From the sequence record OR538032.1: 64,000 nt of DNA; one strand, 5' to 3'. The position numbers and the translations under genes are program-made. The notes beneath the pieces are model-generated. The model was not told the origin of the DNA. It made no database searches and saw only the letters and a program-made list of their open reading frames with translations. Below, one piece after another: positions 56,300-64,000 of the stretch (position 1 is its first letter; every line of letters starts with the position of its first letter).

Positions 56300-56386
56300 G
56301 AGCGAAGCGGTAGAAACGGATCGAGGCGGAAAAATTCCGTCTCATCTTAGTAGTATTAGTGGTTTTAGTGAAGTTAGAGATATTAG
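56300..56386 (+). repeat. intergenic element copy 2
   Basis: homologous to reverse complement of 30298-30385. Confidence 0.8.
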
Positions 56387-56478
56387 TATGATTAGTATTA
56401 AATACTTGTTTAAACCCATGAATGTGCCTGCTATTATAAACGCATAAAGACATCTCCCTCCTTGATCCTTTGTATTGC

Positions 56479-56486
56479 TATAAATA
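56479..56486 (+). promoter_or_regulatory. T4 late promoter
   Basis: TATAAATA. Confidence 0.8.
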
Positions 56487-56525
56487 GTAGTAAGCTATGT
56501 TCATTTACAATACAAGGGAACAAAA

Positions 56526-58205
56526 ATGACAATTCAAAAGCCTATCATTACAGAGCTTAGATATGTAAATGGTCAACCAGATCCTTCTCAACGTCCCGAT
56601 CAAACTCGAATTAACTGGGCTAAGAATGGTGAAAGCATCAATGGTGCTTCTGGTGACACGGTTTCTGACGGTGTGCTAAACCGCGCAGGAGTACAGATCC
56701 AAGAAAACGTTCTGAACACACATTATAATACAAAAGCACAGCAAACGACAATCGAAGAACTTGTCGATACCGTAAACGAACTGACGGGTGGTGGCGACGC
56801 AAACCTTGGTGCTCGTGTTTCTCAGACTGAATTCGATATTGATGTTCTTGAAAATCAAGTAGATGATCTTCAAGACAATGTTGGTGTACCGTCTACTATT
56901 GATGTTATGGCAACCGGTTTATATCGTCGCGCTGAAGACATCGAAGCTGATATTGGTGTTCGTAACCCAAATGACATCCCAAATGACGTTGAGAATAATG
57001 ACACGATTCGTAAAGACTTGTATTTCATCAAACGTCGTATCGGTAACGACCGTAACTACGATGTCAACGGGAATTCATCTCCGAGTACAAACCCAACTGG
57101 TATGAAATATCAGATTGAAGATTTGTACAACAAAACTGCAACGATCAATGCTGAAATTGGTGAAAACACAATCCCGTTGACAATCAATGGTCGTCTGTAT
57201 GAGTTGGAGCAAAACTCACAAGTTGGTGACGTTGCTGAACTTCGTAGCGAAATCGGCGATTCTCAAGATGCAGATCCTGCTCGTACGATTTATTTGCGCC
57301 TTGACGACGCAGAGAGTGCGATTAGTGACAACTCATCAGACATAAATTTGTTGCAACAAGAAATCGAAACTCCAACAACTGGTCTAATTGATCGCGTTTC
57401 GGCTAATGAAACTGCAATTTCAGACGGTCAGACTCAAATCACGGCTAATGCTCAGTCAATTAATGACATTACAACTGACCTTGGCTCGTACTCAGTAGGT
57501 GACGTGTATGCAGGTACGGTTAAAGCTCGTCTATCGACGTTTAACGACGACATTTCTAATCTATGGAGCCGTTTAGGGGCTACTGACGCAGAGACTGGCA
57601 CAGTGTCGTACAGAGTGGCAGGATTAGAGGCTAGTCTAGGGGATCGCGATAGTCCGGTTGAATTCACAGCGTGGTACACTATTCAAGAAAACCGTGGTCT
57701 GATTGACTCAGCTCAGTCGGATGTTGATGGTCTATTGACTGTAGTCGGTCAGAGTGATACTGAAGTGGGTACTTTGCGTGCTCGTGTTCTTGAGCTTGAA
57801 GCCAACTTGGATTATGCAATGTTGACTTCAGACACGCCAAACACGGCATCGTTGACAACAACACCGACAGACATGTTCAGTTTATTCAACGTTGAATCAG
57901 ACGTAAGTGGTTTCACATACACAGGTGGTGTTTTGACTAGAACTGGTCTTGGTATTAAAAAGCCGATCATGTTGAACTGGGTAGTTGTTTCGCCAACTAC
58001 AACAACACTTACGATTAAGATTGATATTGTCAATCCGTCTGGTAGTGTTACTATTGAAAAAACACGTACGCTTCGTGCAGGTGCAGTTACGCCGATCAAT
58101 ATTGTTCACGTTGCTGACATTGAAGACACTGGTGACATTAGTATTCTTGCTAGTACTGCGGCAAACGTTACGATTGAACACGAATCGTTCTTCATGCAAC
58201 TATAA
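56526..58205 (+). CDS. wac: fibritin (whisker)
   Basis: RINWAKNGE.INGA, LNRAGVQIQEN, segmented coiled coil. Confidence 0.85.
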   Translation: MTIQKPIITELRYVNGQPDPSQRPDQTRINWAKNGESINGASGDTVSDGVLNRAGVQIQENVLNTHYNTKAQQTTIEELVDTVNELTGGGDANLGARVSQTEFDIDVLENQVDDLQDNVGVPSTIDVMATGLYRRAEDIEADIGVRNPNDIPNDVENNDTIRKDLYFIKRRIGNDRNYDVNGNSSPSTNPTGMKYQIEDLYNKTATINAEIGENTIPLTINGRLYELEQNSQVGDVAELRSEIGDSQDADPARTIYLRLDDAESAISDNSSDINLLQQEIETPTTGLIDRVSANETAISDGQTQITANAQSINDITTDLGSYSVGDVYAGTVKARLSTFNDDISNLWSRLGATDAETGTVSYRVAGLEASLGDRDSPVEFTAWYTIQENRGLIDSAQSDVDGLLTVVGQSDTEVGTLRARVLELEANLDYAMLTSDTPNTASLTTTPTDMFSLFNVESDVSGFTYTGGVLTRTGLGIKKPIMLNWVVVSPTTTTLTIKIDIVNPSGSVTIEKTRTLRAGAVTPINIVHVADIEDTGDISILASTAANVTIEHESFFMQL

Positions 58206-58215
58206 GGGGTAATTT

Positions 58216-59139
58216 ATGCAAGCGTATAACGCCACATCGCCTCGTGAAATGAAAGATTTGATTTTAAGGCGCCTAGGTGCGCCTATTGTCAACGTCGAAG
58301 TATCTGAAGATCAGGTATACGACTGTATTTCTCGTGCGCTTGAATTATACATTGAGTATCACCCAGACGGTGTTAATAAAACGTATTCTATCATTTCATT
58401 ATCTGAAGAGCAAGCTCAGACAGGCATCATCGACTTGGATATCCCTGCGACTGCTATCACTAAGATTTTGCGTGCAGAAAGTTCGTTTTTCACTATGGAT
58501 GGTAATGCTACTTACTCATGGTTTAGTGATTTTCTACAAGGTCTAGCTGGCGGTCCCGGTGCGGGGTCGTGTAACTCATATCATCAGGGGATGTTAGGTC
58601 AAGGTAGTCTAAGTGACTACTGGAACTTGATGTCATACAAAAATATGTTGACTGACTTGTTATCACCTGAATACGATTATTGGTATAATGGCGTAAACAA
58701 GCAGCTTCGTATCAATGCAAACTTGAGTGCAGGTGAGCTTATTGTAGTTGAAGCATTTGTTCCTAGTGCGTTGTTGGTTTCTGAATCGGCAACTGGTATT
58801 ATTGGTAACAAAGCAGCTACTATCGGCTCATATGAAGATACGACTGCACAAGAGCGTTGGGATGACCCATACAGCATTCTTCGTCAGAACAACACAATCG
58901 GTAACCCGAACCAATTCGCTGAACAAAATGCTTATTCAGTTCGCTGGGTTAAAGACATGGCAACCGCTATGACTAAGCAAATGAACGGCATTATCTTGAA
59001 GAAACATCAAGGGTTGCAATTGCCAGGTGGAATTACAATTGATGGTAAGGAAATTTACGATGAGGCAACTCAAGAGATTGAGAGGCTACGTGAAGAGCTA
59101 ATGTCATTGACTGTTCCACTAGGCGTATTCATGGGGTGA
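58216..59139 (+). CDS. 13: gp13 neck protein
   Basis: LRRLGAPIVNVEV, LPGGITIDG. Confidence 0.9.
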   Translation: MQAYNATSPREMKDLILRRLGAPIVNVEVSEDQVYDCISRALELYIEYHPDGVNKTYSIISLSEEQAQTGIIDLDIPATAITKILRAESSFFTMDGNATYSWFSDFLQGLAGGPGAGSCNSYHQGMLGQGSLSDYWNLMSYKNMLTDLLSPEYDYWYNGVNKQLRINANLSAGELIVVEAFVPSALLVSESATGIIGNKAATIGSYEDTTAQERWDDPYSILRQNNTIGNPNQFAEQNAYSVRWVKDMATAMTKQMNGIILKKHQGLQLPGGITIDGKEIYDEATQEIERLREELMSLTVPLGVFMG

Positions 59140-59142
59140 TTT

Positions 59143-59979
59143 ATGGGAGCATACGACACTAATACGGGTGGTATGTTCGCTAAGTTAGAAAGTCAAAAAG
59201 GGTATGATCAGATTTACAACAATCACTTGGTCAACCCTTATTTTAACTGGGTGAATCATACTAATGAGCAGAATCTAACGGACATGCTCGTAGCAGAATC
59301 AATCATCAACCGAGGGGTTGAATGTGTGTATCTGCGAAGAGAAATGGAAAAGGTCGATCTTGTGTTCGGCGAAGACCCAATGAGTAAATTCACTCAGAAC
59401 TTTCGAATGTCTCTTTACGTCGAATCATTTGAAGGGTGGGATGGTGACGGCGATTGGTACAGTAAATTCGGATTTCAAGTGAATGATGAAATGAACGTCT
59501 GTATCAACCCGAAATTGTTCGCTCAACAAGGCGACGGTAAGCAGCCGTTAATGGGTGATTTAATTTACTTCCCTCTTGCAAATAGTCTTTTTGAGATTAG
59601 TTGGATTGAGCGCGAAGACCCTTGGTATATGAACGGTGTTCTACCTATGCGCAAGATGAAAATGACTAAATTCGTTTACTCCGGTGAAGAAATTAATCTT
59701 GAGAAGCCAGAGGCAGTCATTGATTCAATTGACGATATTCTAAACTTTGGAGAAGATACTGACGAAATGATTGACATTGACAAAATCAATGCACTTGACG
59801 GGCGTTGGGATATTGGTATCGAACAAGGTGCTGAAATTACTCAAATCGAAGATGAAGTTGACAAGTTCTATGAGTCTGAGCAAGTCGTGCCTAGCGGCAG
59901 TGACGTTCAGCCTACAGACCCGCGCAACGCAACGATTGGTTTCAATGTAAATAACAGTAATCCATTCGACAGTTTTTAA
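59143..59979 (+). CDS. 14: gp14 neck protein
   Basis: LVAESI...G, VFGED, GDLIYFP. Confidence 0.9.
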   Translation: MGAYDTNTGGMFAKLESQKGYDQIYNNHLVNPYFNWVNHTNEQNLTDMLVAESIINRGVECVYLRREMEKVDLVFGEDPMSKFTQNFRMSLYVESFEGWDGDGDWYSKFGFQVNDEMNVCINPKLFAQQGDGKQPLMGDLIYFPLANSLFEISWIEREDPWYMNGVLPMRKMKMTKFVYSGEEINLEKPEAVIDSIDDILNFGEDTDEMIDIDKINALDGRWDIGIEQGAEITQIEDEVDKFYESEQVVPSGSDVQPTDPRNATIGFNVNNSNPFDSF

Positions 59980-59988
59980 GGGGGCATC

Positions 59989-61341
59989 GTGAAAGGGTAT
60001 TTCTATCACAGATCGATACGAAAATACGTTCTCTTGATGGGAAACTTGTTCTCTAACATATACGTGTCTCGCGGAGACGGGTATAGAAAGGTGCCAATTA
60101 CAGTTTCATCAAAGGAGCACTTTGTTGCATCTTTGAACAGTCAAGAGCTTAACGGCGACGGTAGCGTGGCAAATGTAGCTACGCTGCTACCAAGAATTGG
60201 CTTGGACATGGTTTCGTGTACGTATGACGCTACTCGAAAGACAAACATTGCAAATCGTAAGCTGACACGTGACTTTACGGGAGACCGACCTAAGTCGAAC
60301 AAGTTGTTTAACCCTGTCCCTTACGACTTCGAATTTGAAGTGAGCGTTTATACGCGACATCAGGATGATGCATTTCAGATTATAGAACAAATACTACCAT
60401 ACTTTCAACCTCAGTTCAATACAATGATCAAAGAGCTTGATGAAAATGAAGTTGTGGTAGACCAGCGTGATATTCCGATCATCTTAGAATCGGCTGTTCC
60501 TGAGACAACGTTCGAGGGTGCGGCTGGTGATATGAGACACATCGAATGGACGCTTAACTTGCGAATGAAAGGTTGGCTATATCCGCCTACAAACGCACAG
60601 TTTGGTGAAATCAGAACGATTTACCTAAACTTTCAAGATGAAGAACAAACGATCATTCACGCAGAGCGCGAAGCGGTTACAAGCTCTTACGACATTCTTT
60701 GGAAAGTTCGCTCAGAGGTTGAAGCACTTACTACGTTCGGATGGCGTCATAGCGTTGATAGTCTATACGGTCTTGTATGGAACACACGTGGCGATATTGT
60801 CAGCGATCTTGAAATTGACTGGAATCGTCGATTCAGCATCACAGATGCATTGCAAATTGATTGGTCAACACGTTCAAGCGCGAGTTCTGAGCTATTGGTT
60901 GATTGGAATATTCGTGATGTCGTCGGTCGAGACTACGATGTTGACTGGTACAACCGTCAGATCATTGAAAGCACATACGACTCGCCTTGGGGCGTATCAC
61001 CAATTGCTTCTAATGAACTGGCAATCGACTGGGATACACGTGAGTTTGTTGAACTCAACACCGACATTCAGTGGTCAGAGGGTGCAATTGCTGAAAGTAG
61101 CTTAGATGTTGATTGGAATCGTTCTCAATATGTTGAAGCAGTGTCAGACATAGATTGGTCGACTCGCGCAGTCGTAACATCGGTCAATGACATAGATTGG
61201 TCAACACGTTCTGAACTATCGGCATCTACTGATATTAACTACAACATGTCTTCACAAGTAACAAGCAGCTACGAAATGTACTACCTACCGGGTGAACTTG
61301 CTTGGAACTTCACTGACGTGACGTACAACATTGAAAACTAA
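59989..61341 (+). CDS. 15: gp15 tail sheath stabilizer with C-terminal repeat extension
   Basis: YFYHRSIRKY, PVPYDF, EQILPYFQP; 14-aa IDWxTR repeats. Confidence 0.9.
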   Translation: MKGYFYHRSIRKYVLLMGNLFSNIYVSRGDGYRKVPITVSSKEHFVASLNSQELNGDGSVANVATLLPRIGLDMVSCTYDATRKTNIANRKLTRDFTGDRPKSNKLFNPVPYDFEFEVSVYTRHQDDAFQIIEQILPYFQPQFNTMIKELDENEVVVDQRDIPIILESAVPETTFEGAAGDMRHIEWTLNLRMKGWLYPPTNAQFGEIRTIYLNFQDEEQTIIHAEREAVTSSYDILWKVRSEVEALTTFGWRHSVDSLYGLVWNTRGDIVSDLEIDWNRRFSITDALQIDWSTRSSASSELLVDWNIRDVVGRDYDVDWYNRQIIESTYDSPWGVSPIASNELAIDWDTREFVELNTDIQWSEGAIAESSLDVDWNRSQYVEAVSDIDWSTRAVVTSVNDIDWSTRSELSASTDINYNMSSQVTSSYEMYYLPGELAWNFTDVTYNIEN

Positions 61342-61395
61342 TACGTATGGTCTTCTAAATATGAAGACCATCCTTATCTTTTTGGAGAGCTAACA

Positions 61396-61944
61396 ATGCC
61401 TATCGTAACAGGTGATTTGAAATTTAAGAAAAGTCTGCACGTAGTTGCAGCGGGACCGGGTAACGGCAATACGCATGATCTAGAAATTGATTCACTTGGT
61501 GGCGGTATTAGTGCTACTGAATTAGTGTCTGGTGAATTGCACGGTCTTTTTGATGCTGTGCCGTCAGCGGAAGCAGCATCAGGACGTGTTGAGTATCGTT
61601 TGATTTACGTACAGAACACACACGCTACATTGACACTGTATGATGCGAAAGTATTCATCTTTGCAAATACAGCATCGCCAGATTCAACAATCGAAATCGG
61701 TCTGGACCCTGTAGCAGGCAATGGCGTTGACTCGCTGATCTTGCTAGATGATGAAGTTGACTCAGGTAATGAATTGTCTGCGGTAGTATTCGGTGAACAT
61801 TCTGATTTCGCATCAGGTCTAGACATCGGTAATCTACAAGCAGGTGAACAACGCGCCGTTTGGGTTCGTCGTACAATCAGTCCGGGTGCAGCGGCAGCGG
61901 CAGAAACTGCAACAATATCATTGCGCGGTGACACTGACGCTTAA
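61396..61944 (+). CDS. beta-rich virion-associated hypothetical protein
   Basis: LFDAV...EA..G.VEYR.IYV.N, VWVRRTI motifs; between 15 and 16. Confidence 0.7.
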   Translation: MPIVTGDLKFKKSLHVVAAGPGNGNTHDLEIDSLGGGISATELVSGELHGLFDAVPSAEAASGRVEYRLIYVQNTHATLTLYDAKVFIFANTASPDSTIEIGLDPVAGNGVDSLILLDDEVDSGNELSAVVFGEHSDFASGLDIGNLQAGEQRAVWVRRTISPGAAAAAETATISLRGDTDA

Positions 61945-62055
61945 ATGCTTATTTTAACGCTGTGTGCAGCTCGTACGCAGCGTTTGTCTATTTTATTGAG
62001 TGTTTGTACTCATATTATTGAAAAGACGCTCACAGAGCGTTTTAGAGAGGAACGT

Positions 62056-64000
<1,945 letters not shown>

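Overview
This window comes from a large lytic T4-like myophage genome. It closely resembles the KVP40-like vibriophages (Schizotequatrovirus): a gp5 without a lysozyme domain, two gp37-like fibres, queE and a full tRNA set. Layout: (1) 1-6.7 kb, + strand accessory genes: queE, an ADP-ribosyltransferase-like protein, an M15 endolysin, phoH and a Tad2-like DUF2829 protein. (2) 6.7-19 kb, mostly - strand: two paralogous long tail fibres, a YkuK-type RNase H-like gene, a DUF2828 (TROVE/Ro60-like plus vWA) gene, a cyclic-phosphate receiver gene and small late genes with capsid-targeting-like N-termini. (3) 19-28.6 kb, a - strand RNA operon with 28 canonical tRNAs covering all 20 amino acids, interleaved with more than 15 structured non-coding RNAs and an HNH gene. 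(4) 28.6-64 kb, T4 core late genes: 57B/Acb1, 57A, 1, 3, 29-like, 51, 26, 54, 2, 4, 48, 53, 27-like, 5, 5.1, 5.4, 25, 6-11, two 12 paralogs, wac, 13-16 and partial 17. The main candidate for an undescribed system is a bipartite RNA motif: G-N5-NTN-CWGCA, whose G-N5 pairs with an N5-C-WG strand, with covariation. It occurs 12 times on the - strand. Eleven copies lie in tRNA-scaffolded, circularly permuted or stand-alone RNAs of the tRNA operon. One copy lies over the RBS and start codon of the DUF2828 gene. This points to a phage Ro60/Y-RNA-like ribonucleoprotein system with translational autoregulation, plausibly linked to tRNA repair or anti-defence (inference). All calls were made by eye from motifs and synteny. 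No database searches or folding programs were run.
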